This document shows positions 9,927 to 20,226 of a stretch of 64,000 bases of DNA, one piece after another. The stretch's first letter is position 1; each line of letters begins with the position of its first letter. The notes below the pieces were generated by a model. That model was not told where the DNA came from. It saw nothing but the letters and a program-made list of their open reading frames with translations, and ran no database searches. Source of the DNA: an uncultured delta proteobacterium (GTDB lineage: Bacteria > Myxococcota_A > Polyangia > Fen-1088); assembly GCA_963767925.1 (NCBI GenBank), contig CAVYGB010000002.1, positions 1,952,001 to 2,016,000 on the forward strand, given 5' to 3'. The translations under genes and the position numbers were made by a program.

Positions 9927-11567
9927 GTGGAGTCCCCTTCCGCTCCCCCCCCGCCCGGCCCCCGGAGCGTGCACGCCAAGCTCCTCCGCCTGGTGGTGAC
10001 GACCCTGCTGCTCGTCACCAGCAGCACCCTGGTCATCGTCGCGGGCTACAGCATGCGCCTGTCCCGGCGGACCCTGGCCGAGCTGGAGTCGCAGATCCGA
10101 TCGAGCATCGTCGCCCAGGGCCACAGCCTGGTGGCCGATCAGGCCGTCGCCCTGCGCAGCCTGGTCACCGACAACGCCTTCGGCGACGTCGCGGCGCTGG
10201 TCAAGGCCACCCGGGCTCGCGAGTCGGACGTGGTGTACGGCCTGTTTCTGGCCGCCGACGGCCGTCCCTGGGTCTGGGTCTCGCCCGACGCCCGGGGCGA
10301 GCCGGGGCTGCCCCCCTCGAGCGGCTGGAAGCAGCTCGGGGTGAACCAGAGATGGACCCCCCGGGCCCAGACCCGCCTGCGCACCTTCGACCTCGGCGGC
10401 GCGCCGGTGTTCGAGTTCTCGGCCCCCGTCCTGGCCGAGGACGGCGTGCTGGGTACGATCTTCTACGGCCTCTCGAGCGCCCGCCTGCGGGGGGCCTTGC
10501 AGCGGGCCCGGGGCGACGCGCGCTATGCGGCCGTGCGGACGGTGGCGCTGCTGGGATTGCTGGGCGTGGGCGGCCTGGCCCTGGGCTTTCTGCTCGCCCG
10601 GCGGGCGGCGGGCAAGATCACCGCCCCCATCGCCGTCCTGACCAGGGCGGCCCGCCGGATCGCCCTCGGCGAGCGGGACGTGCGCGTCGACGTGCGCAGC
10701 GGCGACGAGGTGGAGACGCTGGCCACCGCCTTCAACGCGATGATCGGGGATCTGTCGCGGGCCTACGGCGAGCTCGAGGTCCTCAACCGCGACCTCGAGC
10801 AGCGGGTGCGCGAGCGGACGGCGGAGCTGCAGCTCGCCAACTCCGACCTGGAGTCCTTCACCTATAGCGTCTCGCACGACCTGCGGGCGCCCCTGCGGGC
10901 CATCGACGCCTTCGCCCAGATCATCGAGGAGGACCACGGCACCACCCTGGTCCCCGACGCCCGCGAGCTGTTCACCCGCATGCGCAAGTCGACGAAACAC
11001 ATGGCCACCTTGATCGACGACCTGCTCAACCTGTCGCGGGTCGGCCGGGCCTCCATCGCGGTCGGCCGGGTCGACCTGCGGGCCCTGTCGAGCGCGATCG
11101 TCGAGGAGCTGCTGGAGGAGGAGCAGGCCCGGCCCGAGCGCTCCCCCGTCAAGGCCTCGGTGGCCGAGCTCCCCCCCTGCCAGGGCGACGCCAACCTGCT
11201 GCGCCAGGTGCTGTTCAACCTGCTGTCGAACGCCTTCAAGTTCACCCAGAAGAGCAACCCCGCCGTGATCGAGGTCGGCCACACCGTGACCGAGCAGGGA
11301 CCGGCCTACTTCGTGCGAGACAATGGGGCCGGCTTCGACATGAAATACGCCGACAAGCTGTTCGGGGTCTTCCAGCGCCTGCACCGCCAGACCGACTTTC
11401 CCGGCACCGGCGTGGGCCTGAGCATCGTCAAGCGCATCGTGCAAAAGCACGGGGGCGCCATCTGGGCCCAGTCGTCCCCCGGCAACGGGGCCGTGTTCTA
11501 CTTCTCGATCGGCGCCCCGCCCGCCTCCTCGGCCTCGACGTCTGCCAGCGCGATCGCCGCGGCCTGA
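9927..11567 (+). CDS. HAMP-domain sensor histidine kinase (start uncertain, 9804-9969)
   Basis: Two TM segments, HAMP, H-box SVSHDLRAPL, N-box NLLSNAFKF, DNGAGF and GTGVGL. Confidence 0.92.
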   Translation: MESPSAPPPPGPRSVHAKLLRLVVTTLLLVTSSTLVIVAGYSMRLSRRTLAELESQIRSSIVAQGHSLVADQAVALRSLVTDNAFGDVAALVKATRARESDVVYGLFLAADGRPWVWVSPDARGEPGLPPSSGWKQLGVNQRWTPRAQTRLRTFDLGGAPVFEFSAPVLAEDGVLGTIFYGLSSARLRGALQRARGDARYAAVRTVALLGLLGVGGLALGFLLARRAAGKITAPIAVLTRAARRIALGERDVRVDVRSGDEVETLATAFNAMIGDLSRAYGELEVLNRDLEQRVRERTAELQLANSDLESFTYSVSHDLRAPLRAIDAFAQIIEEDHGTTLVPDARELFTRMRKSTKHMATLIDDLLNLSRVGRASIAVGRVDLRALSSAIVEELLEEEQARPERSPVKASVAELPPCQGDANLLRQVLFNLLSNAFKFTQKSNPAVIEVGHTVTEQGPAYFVRDNGAGFDMKYADKLFGVFQRLHRQTDFPGTGVGLSIVKRIVQKHGGAIWAQSSPGNGAVFYFSIGAPPASSASTSASAIAAA

Positions 11568-11655
11568 AGGCGCCCCAGGGTGGGGGACGGGGCCTCGGGC
11601 GCCGGGGCCGTCGCCGCCAGGAACAGGAGGCCTTTCGTTGCAGTCATGGAGGGGC

Positions 11656-12114
11656 TCAGGTGCGGGTGCGGTTGGTGATCATCCAGTACAGGCCGAGGTT
11701 GGTCACGGCCTTGATGAAGCTGTCGTGGTCCACCGGCTTGCTCACGAAGCTGTTGGCTCCGTATTTGTAGGCGGCGGCGATGTCGGGATCCTCCGACGAG
11801 GAGGTGAAGACGACCACCGGCAGCTCCTGGAAGCGGGGGTCGGCCCGGACGGTGCGCAGGACGTCGAGGCCACCCAGCTTGGGGAGCTTGAGGTCGAGCA
11901 ACATCAGCCGGGGGATCGGCGCCGGCCCCCGGTTGGCGTAGGCCCCCCGGGTGAAGAGGAAGTCGATGGCCTCGGCGCCGTCGCGCATGACCGTCACCTC
12001 GTTGGCCAGCCGGAGCTTGCGCAGGGTGCGCAGGGTCAGGAACTCGTCGTTGGCGTCGTCCTCGACCACCAGGATCAGATCCCGGGTCGCGTCCAGCCCG
12101 TCCTGAGGGTTCAT
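11656..12114 (-). CDS. Single-domain response regulator
   Basis: ILVVEDD, LLDLKLPKLGG, FTSS and FVSKP; ATG at 12114. Confidence 0.9.
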   Translation of the reverse strand: MNPQDGLDATRDLILVVEDDANDEFLTLRTLRKLRLANEVTVMRDGAEAIDFLFTRGAYANRGPAPIPRLMLLDLKLPKLGGLDVLRTVRADPRFQELPVVVFTSSSEDPDIAAAYKYGANSFVSKPVDHDSFIKAVTNLGLYWMITNRTRT

Positions 12115-12286
12115 GGAGCCTCCCCCATGATCTTCGGCCGATGACCGCGCCGGGCTGAGACCGGCCCGCCGGACGCTCGACATCGGGGCGCCATCGGGGC
12201 AGACCCGCAGCGAGGTCTGCCGACACGGCGCCGCGCGAGCCGCTGCGCTCAAGCTGGGCGAGGGGCCGTCGATATCCGAGGGGGGG

Positions 12287-13636
12287 GTGGACGGCGTGAC
12301 GAGGGTCCATTGGGCGGCGGCGGCGGTGGCGTTGGTGGGGAGCGGGGCCTGTGGCGAGGGCGATACCGACGGCGGTCCGATCACCATCAACTACCTCCGG
12401 CAGGACAACCCGGACTTCATGAAGGCCGACGACGACGCCTTCGCCAGCTACACCGATCTGCACCCAGGGGTGAAGGTCGCCGCCACGACGATCAAGTACC
12501 AGTCGCTCTCGGCCAGCCTGCTGTCCGAGCTGAAGAAGGATCAGCTCAGCGCCGACCTGGTCGCGGTGACGCCCTCCTGGGTCTGCACCTTCGCCGAGAA
12601 CCTGGCGGATGTGCCCGAGGACATCGTCACGCTGAGCGCGGCGCAGACCACGTTCTTCGCGCCGCCCCTGGCGGGCGCCACCTGCAACGGCCGCCTCAAG
12701 GGGTTGCCGATGGAATACAACCTCGAATACGGGGGCGTGGTCGTCAACCTGGACATGTACCAGGCGAAGTTCCCGGGCCGCACGCCCGGCTGGACCGACT
12801 GGGCCAGCTTCATCAGCGAGGCGTCCGCCCTGAGCGAGGTCGACGCGGGGGGCGCCGGTCGGGCCAACGGCCTCGACATCGATCCGGTGTGGCCGCAGCC
12901 GGCCAAGCACCTCTTCCTCAGCCAGATCCTCCAGCGGGGGGGGACCTACTGGTCGCCGGACGGCACCCGGTTCGACTTCGGCACGGCGGCGGCCCGCGAC
13001 GCGCTGACCGAGATGGTCCGCTGGATCGCCGGGGCCAAGGTGATGTTCCGGGATCTGGTCCCCGACCGGAACACCTTCGTCACCACCCGGCTGGCGATGG
13101 GCGCCACCACCCACGGCTGGATGGATCTCGGCCGCCCGCTGAGCGCCATGGGCTACGCCGGCACCTGGGCCCTGCCCAACACCGTGGGGCAGGTGCCCTC
13201 CGGGACCGCCCGGCGGTTCGAGTTCGCGACCGTGCCCCCCATGGTCGGCGGGCAGCACCGGTTCGTGCAGAACTCGGGCTGGGCGCTCGTGGTCCCGCGC
13301 TCGAGCAAGAACGCCCGGATCGCCTGGGACATCGCCCGCTCCCTGGCCCTCGATCCGCAGGCCGCGCGGCGCTGGTCCGCCACCGCCGGCACCCTGCCGG
13401 CCCTGCGGGCCAACGGCACCCCGGAGGCGGCGGCGGCCGACCCCCTGCTCAGCAAGGTGCAGCCCCTGCTCGAGCACGGGCAGTGGGTCGGATACATCCC
13501 GGCGGCGGCCATCGAGACCGTCGAGGGGGCCATCGTGAGCAACTTCTTCGACGCCGCCACCGGCAAAAAGGCGATCGAAAAGGCGCTCTCCGACATGCAG
13601 GACACCGCCAACGCTGCGCTCGAGCAGCACCGCTGA
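12287..13636 (+). CDS. Extracellular solute-binding lipoprotein (family 1, sugar-type)
   Basis: SGAC lipobox; GRLKGLP...VVVNLD, W.D pattern and SGWALVV. Confidence 0.8.
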   Translation: MDGVTRVHWAAAAVALVGSGACGEGDTDGGPITINYLRQDNPDFMKADDDAFASYTDLHPGVKVAATTIKYQSLSASLLSELKKDQLSADLVAVTPSWVCTFAENLADVPEDIVTLSAAQTTFFAPPLAGATCNGRLKGLPMEYNLEYGGVVVNLDMYQAKFPGRTPGWTDWASFISEASALSEVDAGGAGRANGLDIDPVWPQPAKHLFLSQILQRGGTYWSPDGTRFDFGTAAARDALTEMVRWIAGAKVMFRDLVPDRNTFVTTRLAMGATTHGWMDLGRPLSAMGYAGTWALPNTVGQVPSGTARRFEFATVPPMVGGQHRFVQNSGWALVVPRSSKNARIAWDIARSLALDPQAARRWSATAGTLPALRANGTPEAAAADPLLSKVQPLLEHGQWVGYIPAAAIETVEGAIVSNFFDAATGKKAIEKALSDMQDTANAALEQHR

Positions 13637-13652
13637 GGCGGCGGCGCGGGTC

Positions 13653-14870
13653 ATGAGGGGGCGCCCGAGGGATCCGCGCCGGGTGGCGCTCCTGGTCGGG
13701 CTGGCCCTGGCGGCGCCGCTGGCCTGCGATCCGCCGGCCGATCCGGACAGCCTGCCGATCGGCCTGATGCTCTCTTATTCCGGCTACCTGGCGGCCAACA
13801 GCGTCAACTCCGAGCGGGCGCTGACCCTGGCCATCGAGACGGCCAACGCCGCCGGCGGGAGCGCCGGGCGCCCCCTGCGGATCCTGGCCCGCAACACCCG
13901 CAGCGATCCCAGCCAGGTCTCCCTGCGGGCGCAGGAGCTGATCGACGCGGGGGTGGTCCTCGTCATCGGCCCCGACACGATCGACTTCGTCACCCAGCTC
14001 CGCATCATCATGAAGGACCGGGTCCTCATCCTGCCGAGCTTCGCCACCGCCTCGGACATCGAGTGGAAACACGCCTCCTGGTTCGTCATGGGGCCCGGGA
14101 CCTCGCAGGTGGGCTGCGAGCTGATCGCCCGGCTGCGCGCCGACGGGCGGGTCAACCCGCTCGTGATCGTGAACTCCACCGGCTACAACGGCTGGCTGGC
14201 CTGGGAGCTCACCAACGGCTTCGGCTTGCAACGGGTCCTGCTGGCGCCCGACGAGGCCTCCACCAAGGAGAGCGTCCAGCCCATCGTCGCGTCGCCCGCC
14301 GACGCCTACGTGCTGGCGGCCTACCCGGCCTCGGCCACCTCGCTGCTGTACGCCCTGCTGGCCACCGGGGCCCTCGACGATCCCACGCGCTGGTACCTGT
14401 CGCCCACCTTGCACACCCCGGCCTTCCTGGAGTCGAGCCCGCGCGACGCCCTGGTGGGGGCCCGGGGCATCGCCCCCGGCACCGGTCCGGACGCCTTCGC
14501 GTTCCGGGCCCGCTTCCGGGAGCGCTGGCACGACGAGCCGCTCGACGACGCCCACCCCTTCTACGACGCCGGCGCCGTGACCGCCCTGGCCCTTGCCCGG
14601 GCCTTGCAGCGCGAGGGGGCCCTCCCCGGGGAGGCCGGCCTGAGCGCCCACATCATCGCCGTGACCCGGGCGGGCGGGGAGATCGTCCGCTGGAACGAGA
14701 TCGGCCGCGGGCTCGCGCTGCTGGGCCAGGGCCAGGAGATCGAATACGTCGGCCTGACCGGCACCATCCAGTTCGACCTGTCGGGGCAGATCCCGGTGAC
14801 CCGGACGAGCTGGTGGAACATCACCCCCGACGGCTTCGCCGACATCCCCCGCGACAGCACCTGCCGCTGA
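13653..14870 (+). CDS. Periplasmic binding lipoprotein (LivJ/Peripla_BP_6-like)
   Basis: LAC lipobox; IGLMLSYSG, LAIETANAAGGSAGRPL, YDA and GLTGTIQFD. Confidence 0.85.
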   Translation: MRGRPRDPRRVALLVGLALAAPLACDPPADPDSLPIGLMLSYSGYLAANSVNSERALTLAIETANAAGGSAGRPLRILARNTRSDPSQVSLRAQELIDAGVVLVIGPDTIDFVTQLRIIMKDRVLILPSFATASDIEWKHASWFVMGPGTSQVGCELIARLRADGRVNPLVIVNSTGYNGWLAWELTNGFGLQRVLLAPDEASTKESVQPIVASPADAYVLAAYPASATSLLYALLATGALDDPTRWYLSPTLHTPAFLESSPRDALVGARGIAPGTGPDAFAFRARFRERWHDEPLDDAHPFYDAGAVTALALARALQREGALPGEAGLSAHIIAVTRAGGEIVRWNEIGRGLALLGQGQEIEYVGLTGTIQFDLSGQIPVTRTSWWNITPDGFADIPRDSTCR

Positions 14871-14895
14871 CCGAGCCGGGCGGCCGAGCGCGCCG

Positions 14896-17088
14896 CTAGA
14901 TGTTCAGGTTGAGCTGCAGGAAGAATGAGCGGGGGGCCAGCGGGTAGTCGACGCCGGAGAAGCCGGGGGTGGGGCCGGCGGCGCCGAGCAGGTTCTTGCC
15001 CTGCAGGGCGACGGAGACGTCGTTGCGGCGGCGGCCGAACAGGTCGAAGGGGAGGCTCTGCAGCCCCGCCTCCAGCAGCAGGTAGGCCGGCAACGAGTAG
15101 ACCCCGTCGTTGAGGAGGATGTTCGTGTCGCTGGCCCGCCGCGCGCCGACCAGCGAGCCCTGCAGCGAGGCCCGGAGGGGGAGCCAGCTCGGCTGGGTGA
15201 CGACGCCAGCGTGGATCATGAACGTGGGGTAGATGCCCCCCGCCGAGCCGACCAGCGAGCCGGAGTACCCTTCTTGCCCGGTGTCGCGCACGGTGCGCTG
15301 GGCCTCGAAGCTCAGGTGGGCCCGGACCAGGTCCCGGTAGCGGAGCTCGGCCAGCGTCTCCCAGGAGAGCGTCTCGGCCCGGGCGATGTTGCGCGCCACC
15401 TGGCTGATCCCTTGCTGCACGAACTCGGTCTTGTTGGCCAGCACGCTGTAGGCCACGTCGCTCGAGAAGGCCAGCAGCGGCAGCGGCTCCCAGGTGACCT
15501 GCAGCTCGACCGTGCGCACGTGCTGGGGCTCGAGCTGCGGATTGCCCATGACGTCTCCGGCCGCCGACGGGACGGCGTGGAGGAGCAGAGGGGAGGGGGC
15601 CTTGAAGGCGCTGCCGTAGAGCAGCTTGGCGTGGACGCCGGGCAGGGGATGCGAGACGAGCCCGATCCGCTCGCTGGTCTGGCCCCCGTAGACGTTGTGC
15701 CAGTCGTAGCGCAGGCCGCCGGTCAGGTCGAGCCGGCCTTCGAGGGGGCCCCAGGCGCTCCAGATGCCGTGCAGGTAGGCCCCGCCGTTGAGGAAGGTCC
15801 GGCGCGCCTGGCGAACCGAGATGCTGTCGATGACGTCGCCTGGCTGCCCGTCCTCGGTGACCTGCTTGGAGATCCCGATCCGCGAGGGCAACAGCTCGTC
15901 GTCGTAAAAGCCGCTGGCCCCCGCGACGACCCGCAGGCGGCGCGCCGCCCGGCGGGGCGTCCACTCGAGCTGGGCGTCGAGGTCCCCCCCGCGAAAGCCG
16001 TAGGTCCGGCGCACGTAGTAAAACTCGCTGCCCACCTCCAGGCGGCTGTCGGGCCCGGGGCCCCCCCGGAACGCCGTCGCCCGCAGCGAGAGGCGCAGCG
16101 TCGCGCCGGAGGCCTGGGTCCAGAACAGGCCGGTCCGGAGCTGGGACTGCGCGACCCGGTTCTCCGAGAGGATGCCGTCGTTCACCCCGTGGGCGAGCTG
16201 GAACAGCGATCCGAACTCGGCGCCCCGGCGCATGGCCGAGTAGTACCCGAACAGGCCGAGCTCGCCGCCCTGGTCCGGGCGGTAGGTCAGGCGGAAGAGG
16301 GCGGCGGTGGAGGTCTGATCCAGCCCCTGCGCCTCGCGCGCGCCCCGGCGGTGTTCGGGCAGCGACGGCTCGGGCGAGCTGTCCGGCAGGCGCAGGCCCG
16401 ACAGATCTTGCTGCGTCCGCCGCAAGGCCAGCAGGACGTCGAGGTCGCCCCGCTCGAACCCGGTCGAGAAGTCGAGGTCGGTCGCGGGCTCCCGGCCCAC
16501 CCAGCCCCCGCTCAGCCCGGCGCTGGCCCCGCTCAGGCTGGCGCCGGTGCGGGTCCTGATGTGGATGACCCCCAGGAAGGCGTCCGCTCCGAAGAGCGCC
16601 GAGGCGGGGCCGCGCACGATCTCGATCCGCTCGATGGCCGACAGGGGCACCAGCTCGGGCCCCAGCCAGTTGCCGCCGGTCGAGTGGTAGGCGACCGAGT
16701 GGCCGTCCATCATCACCTTGACGATGCTGCTGTCCGAGTAGAGGCCCCCCGAGATGCCCCGCACCGCCAGGTTGGCGGAGCTGTGGTCGTCGACCAGGTA
16801 AAAGCCGAGCAGGTGGCCGAGCAGCTCGGCCACCGAGCGGTAGCCCCAGACCGCGATCTGCTCGCGGGTGACGGTGGTGATGACGGCGGGGGCCTGGTGG
16901 TTCTTCTGCTCGGTGCGGGTGGCGGTCCAGACCTCGTCGGGCACCGCCAGCAGCGAGGCCAGGCTCAGGTCGTCGCTGTCGATCTCCTCGGGCGCGCCGG
17001 GCTCCGCCGTGGTGGCCCGGGCCGAGGTCGGCAGCGCGCCCAGCAGGGCCAGCAGGACGGGGACCCGGAGGTGGGAACGGGCGGTCAT
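14896..17088 (-). CDS. TonB-dependent receptor
   Basis: Plug APAVITTVTREQI, IERIEIVRGPASALFGADAFLGVI; LLYGSAFKAPS; C-terminal beta strand. Confidence 0.92.
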   Translation of the reverse strand: MTARSHLRVPVLLALLGALPTSARATTAEPGAPEEIDSDDLSLASLLAVPDEVWTATRTEQKNHQAPAVITTVTREQIAVWGYRSVAELLGHLLGFYLVDDHSSANLAVRGISGGLYSDSSIVKVMMDGHSVAYHSTGGNWLGPELVPLSAIERIEIVRGPASALFGADAFLGVIHIRTRTGASLSGASAGLSGGWVGREPATDLDFSTGFERGDLDVLLALRRTQQDLSGLRLPDSSPEPSLPEHRRGAREAQGLDQTSTAALFRLTYRPDQGGELGLFGYYSAMRRGAEFGSLFQLAHGVNDGILSENRVAQSQLRTGLFWTQASGATLRLSLRATAFRGGPGPDSRLEVGSEFYYVRRTYGFRGGDLDAQLEWTPRRAARRLRVVAGASGFYDDELLPSRIGISKQVTEDGQPGDVIDSISVRQARRTFLNGGAYLHGIWSAWGPLEGRLDLTGGLRYDWHNVYGGQTSERIGLVSHPLPGVHAKLLYGSAFKAPSPLLLHAVPSAAGDVMGNPQLEPQHVRTVELQVTWEPLPLLAFSSDVAYSVLANKTEFVQQGISQVARNIARAETLSWETLAELRYRDLVRAHLSFEAQRTVRDTGQEGYSGSLVGSAGGIYPTFMIHAGVVTQPSWLPLRASLQGSLVGARRASDTNILLNDGVYSLPAYLLLEAGLQSLPFDLFGRRRNDVSVALQGKNLLGAAGPTPGFSGVDYPLAPRSFFLQLNLNI

Positions 17089-17094
17089 CGCGGC

Positions 17095-19350
17095 TCAGAG
17101 CTGGAAGCTCGTGGTCAGGAAGAAGGTGCGGGGGGCCAGGGGATAGTCGGCCCCGGAGGAGCCGGGCGCCGGTCCGGTGGCGCCGGCGAGGTTCTTGCCG
17201 GTGAGGGCGAGGGACATCTCCGGCCGGCGCAGCCCGAACAGGCGAAAGGGGACGGTGGCCAGCCCGGCCTCGAGCAGCACATAGGGGGGGAGCTGGTAAG
17301 AGAGCCGGTTGATGAGGATGTTGGTGTCGCTGGCCCGGCGGGTGCCGATGTACGAGGCGGCCACCATCGCCCGCACCGGCGAGCGGGGCGGCTGGGCGAC
17401 GAGCCCGGCGTGCACCATGGCCCGGGGGTAGATGCCCCCCGCCGATCCGAGCACCCAGTCCGCGTAGCCGACCTGCCCGGTCCGGCGCACCGTCCGCTGG
17501 GTCTCGAAGCTCAGCCGCGCGCCGAGCAGCGCCCGGTAGCGCAGCTCGAGGATCGACTCCCAGGACAGGGTCTCGGCGCGGGCGACGTTGCGGGCGACCT
17601 TGTTGATCCCCTGCTGCACGAACTCGGCCTTGTCGGACAGGACGTTGTAGGCGGCGCTGCTCGACAGGCTGATGAAGTCGGTCGGCTCCCAGGCGAGCTG
17701 CAGCTCGAGGGTGCGCCCGTATTGCGGGGCCAGCTCGGGGTTGCCGACCACGTCGCCGACCGCCGAGGGCACGGCGTACAGCAGGTTGGGCGAGGGGGCC
17801 TTGAACGAGCTGCCGTAGAGCAGCTTGGCCTGCAGCACCGGCAGCGGGTTCGACACAAGCCCGACCCGCTCGCTGAGCTGGCCGCCGTAGACGTTGTGCC
17901 GGTCGTAGCGCACGCCGCCGGTCACCCCCAGCCACTTCGGCACTGCGCTCCAGATGCCCTGCAGGTAGGCCCCGGTGTTGAGGAAGGTCTTGAGCCCCTG
18001 GCGGATCGAGACCGCCTCGATGATATCCCCCGGCCGGGTCAGCGCGGTCGCCTCCTTGACCACGCCGAGGCGCGAGGGCAAAAGCTCGTCGTCGAGGAAG
18101 GCGCTGGCCCCCGCCACCAGGGAGAGCGGGCGCGGGGTGGGCCAGCGGGGGCTCCAGTCGACCTGGGCTTCGAGTTCGGCCCCCCGGAAGCTGAACTGCG
18201 GGCGCAGGTAATATTGCTCGCTGCCGATCTCCAGGCGGTGATCCTTGCCGGGCCCGCCCCGGAAGACCGACCCCCGCACCGACAGGCGCAGCCCCTCGCT
18301 GAGGCCGGTGGTCCAGGACAGCCCCCCCCGAATCTGCGCCAGGGAGACCCGGTTGCCGGCGAAGACGACGCTGTCGCTCTGGCTGCGCACGAGCTGGATG
18401 ACCGACCCGAACTCCGCCCCCCGCTCGATCGCCGAGAAGTAGCCGAACAGGGCGAGCTCCGAGCCGGGCTCGCGCCGATGGGTGAGGCGGAACAGCACCG
18501 AGGTGGAGGTCTGGTCGAGCGCCCGGGAGGGCCCCCGGTAGCTCGAGGAGGGCGCGCTCGGCGGAGGGCTGAGCGAGAGCCCCGACAGATCCTGCTGGTG
18601 CCGGCGCGCCGCCACCAGGACGTCGACCGCCCCCCGGGCCAGGCCGGCCGACACGTCGACGTCGCCGGCCAGGTGGCGCCCGGCCCGTCCGGCCGCCAGC
18701 GTGACCTCGGCGCCGTTCACGGTCTCGCCCCGGCGGGTGACGATGCTGATGACCCCCAGGAAGGCATCGGCCCCGAACAGCGCCGAGGCCGGCCCCCGCA
18801 CGACCTCGATGTGCTCGACCGCCGACAGCGGGACCAGCTCCGGCCCCAGCCAGTTGCCCCCCGTGGAGTGAAAGGCGACCGAGTGGCCGTCGATCAGCAC
18901 CTTGACGATGCTGCTGTCCGCGTGCAGCCCGCCCGAGGTGCCCCGCACCGCCAGGTTGGGAGAGGTGTGGTCGTCGACCACATAGAAGCCCAGGAGGTGG
19001 CTCAGCACCTCGGCGACCGACTGGTGCCCCCAGATCGCGATCTGCTCGCGCGTGACGGTGGTGATGATGGCTGGCGCGTCCTGCCGCCGGAGCTCGGTCT
19101 TGGTGGCCGCCCAGACCTCCAGGGGGCTGTCGAGCATCGAGGCCAGATCCATCTGCTCGATGTCGCCGCCCGGCTCCTCGGCCCGGGCCAGCGCCGGCCA
19201 GGCCAGGCCGGCCAGCAGCAACGGCGCCAGCCGTCTCCGCCTCCGCGCCGGGCCTCGTTTGCCCACCCCCTGCCGCACGATCCCGCCAATCGAGTCCATC
19301 AGCGGAACCGGGACGAACCTTGAGGCGCGCGCTCCGCGGTCGGGTGTCAC
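17095..19350 (-). CDS. TonB-dependent receptor, tandem paralog (true start probably ~19250-19280)
   Basis: Same plug and barrel motifs, with a near-identical HSTGGNWLGPELVPLSA block. Confidence 0.92.
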   Translation of the reverse strand: MTPDRGARASRFVPVPLMDSIGGIVRQGVGKRGPARRRRRLAPLLLAGLAWPALARAEEPGGDIEQMDLASMLDSPLEVWAATKTELRRQDAPAIITTVTREQIAIWGHQSVAEVLSHLLGFYVVDDHTSPNLAVRGTSGGLHADSSIVKVLIDGHSVAFHSTGGNWLGPELVPLSAVEHIEVVRGPASALFGADAFLGVISIVTRRGETVNGAEVTLAAGRAGRHLAGDVDVSAGLARGAVDVLVAARRHQQDLSGLSLSPPPSAPSSSYRGPSRALDQTSTSVLFRLTHRREPGSELALFGYFSAIERGAEFGSVIQLVRSQSDSVVFAGNRVSLAQIRGGLSWTTGLSEGLRLSVRGSVFRGGPGKDHRLEIGSEQYYLRPQFSFRGAELEAQVDWSPRWPTPRPLSLVAGASAFLDDELLPSRLGVVKEATALTRPGDIIEAVSIRQGLKTFLNTGAYLQGIWSAVPKWLGVTGGVRYDRHNVYGGQLSERVGLVSNPLPVLQAKLLYGSSFKAPSPNLLYAVPSAVGDVVGNPELAPQYGRTLELQLAWEPTDFISLSSSAAYNVLSDKAEFVQQGINKVARNVARAETLSWESILELRYRALLGARLSFETQRTVRRTGQVGYADWVLGSAGGIYPRAMVHAGLVAQPPRSPVRAMVAASYIGTRRASDTNILINRLSYQLPPYVLLEAGLATVPFRLFGLRRPEMSLALTGKNLAGATGPAPGSSGADYPLAPRTFFLTTSFQL

Positions 19351-19389
19351 ATGTGGGGGTCCGCCGGGCGACGCGCGCGGCGTCCGGGC

Positions 19390-20226
19390 TCAGCGCAGGC
19401 CCAGGCGGCGCCGCAGGTCGCGGGCGGCCTGGCGCGAGACCTCGATGGCCTGTCCGTCGGCGGTGCGGGCCAGGAAGCCGCCGGTCTCGGCCGGCTCGAG
19501 GCGCACCACCTTGGCCAGGTTGAGCAGCGCGCGCCGGTGCACGCGCAGAAAGCCATGGGGCGCCAGCCGGTCGGCCAGCTCGTGCAGCGGCAGGTCGCAC
19601 AGGAACGGGCCGCGGGTCGTGTACACCGTCACCAGGGCGCCGTCGAGCTGGGCGTGGCTGATCTCCTCGGGGGCCAGCAGCACGATGCCCTGCCGGGTCT
19701 CGAGCGGCAGCCGCGGCGGCAGCCCGTCGCTGTTGCGGTCTCCGTTGCGGTCTCCGTTTCGCTCCCCGCTGCGCTCGGCGGCCCGGGCGCCGGGGCGGTG
19801 GCGCTCGGCCTCCCGCAGGAAGCGCTTGCGTTGCTCGGCCTGGCGGGCGCGCTCGAGCGCCTTGCGCAGGCGGGCCACCTCGACCGGCTTGAGCAGGTAG
19901 TCGACCGCCCCCACGTCGAAGGCCGAGACCGCGTGCTCGGCGTGGGCGGTACAGAAGATCACCACCGGGCCGTCGTCGGGCAGCAGCCCCAGCACGTCGA
20001 GGCCCGACAGGCCCGGCATCTGGATGTCGAGCAACATCACGTCCACCCCGCCCGCGCGCACCCGCTCGAGGGCCTCGTCGGCGTCGGCGCACTCGCCGCA
20101 CAGGCGCACGTCCGGCGCCGACTCCAGCAGGCGGATCAGCCGGCGGCGGGCGGTGGCCTCGTCGTCAACGACCAGCACCTGCAGCGGGCGCGGCGACCCG
20201 GCCGCGTCGTCTTCCTCCCGCTTCAC
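19390..20226 (-). CDS. LytTR-family response regulator
   Basis: VLVVDDE, LDIQMPG, AVDYLLKP and LytTR motif FLRVHRRALLN...EVSR; GTG at 20226 overlaps the kinase stop (GTGA). Confidence 0.92.
   Translation of the reverse strand: MKREEDDAAGSPRPLQVLVVDDEATARRRLIRLLESAPDVRLCGECADADEALERVRAGGVDVMLLDIQMPGLSGLDVLGLLPDDGPVVIFCTAHAEHAVSAFDVGAVDYLLKPVEVARLRKALERARQAEQRKRFLREAERHRPGARAAERSGERNGDRNGDRNSDGLPPRLPLETRQGIVLLAPEEISHAQLDGALVTVYTTRGPFLCDLPLHELADRLAPHGFLRVHRRALLNLAKVVRLEPAETGGFLARTADGQAIEVSRQAARDLRRRLGLR

Noticed and set aside
19730..19770. 12-bp GDRN repeats in the LytTR linker (likewise 21-bp PAADAGV repeats near 56370-56430)
   Set aside because: Ordinary low-complexity linker expansions.
14561..20101. 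Very long alternative-frame ORFs (e.g. 1846 aa here; also 15211..19323, 1691..4219, 35623..38445)
   Set aside because: Shadow ORFs typical of high-GC DNA: motif-free, low-complexity, and overlapping well-supported genes.
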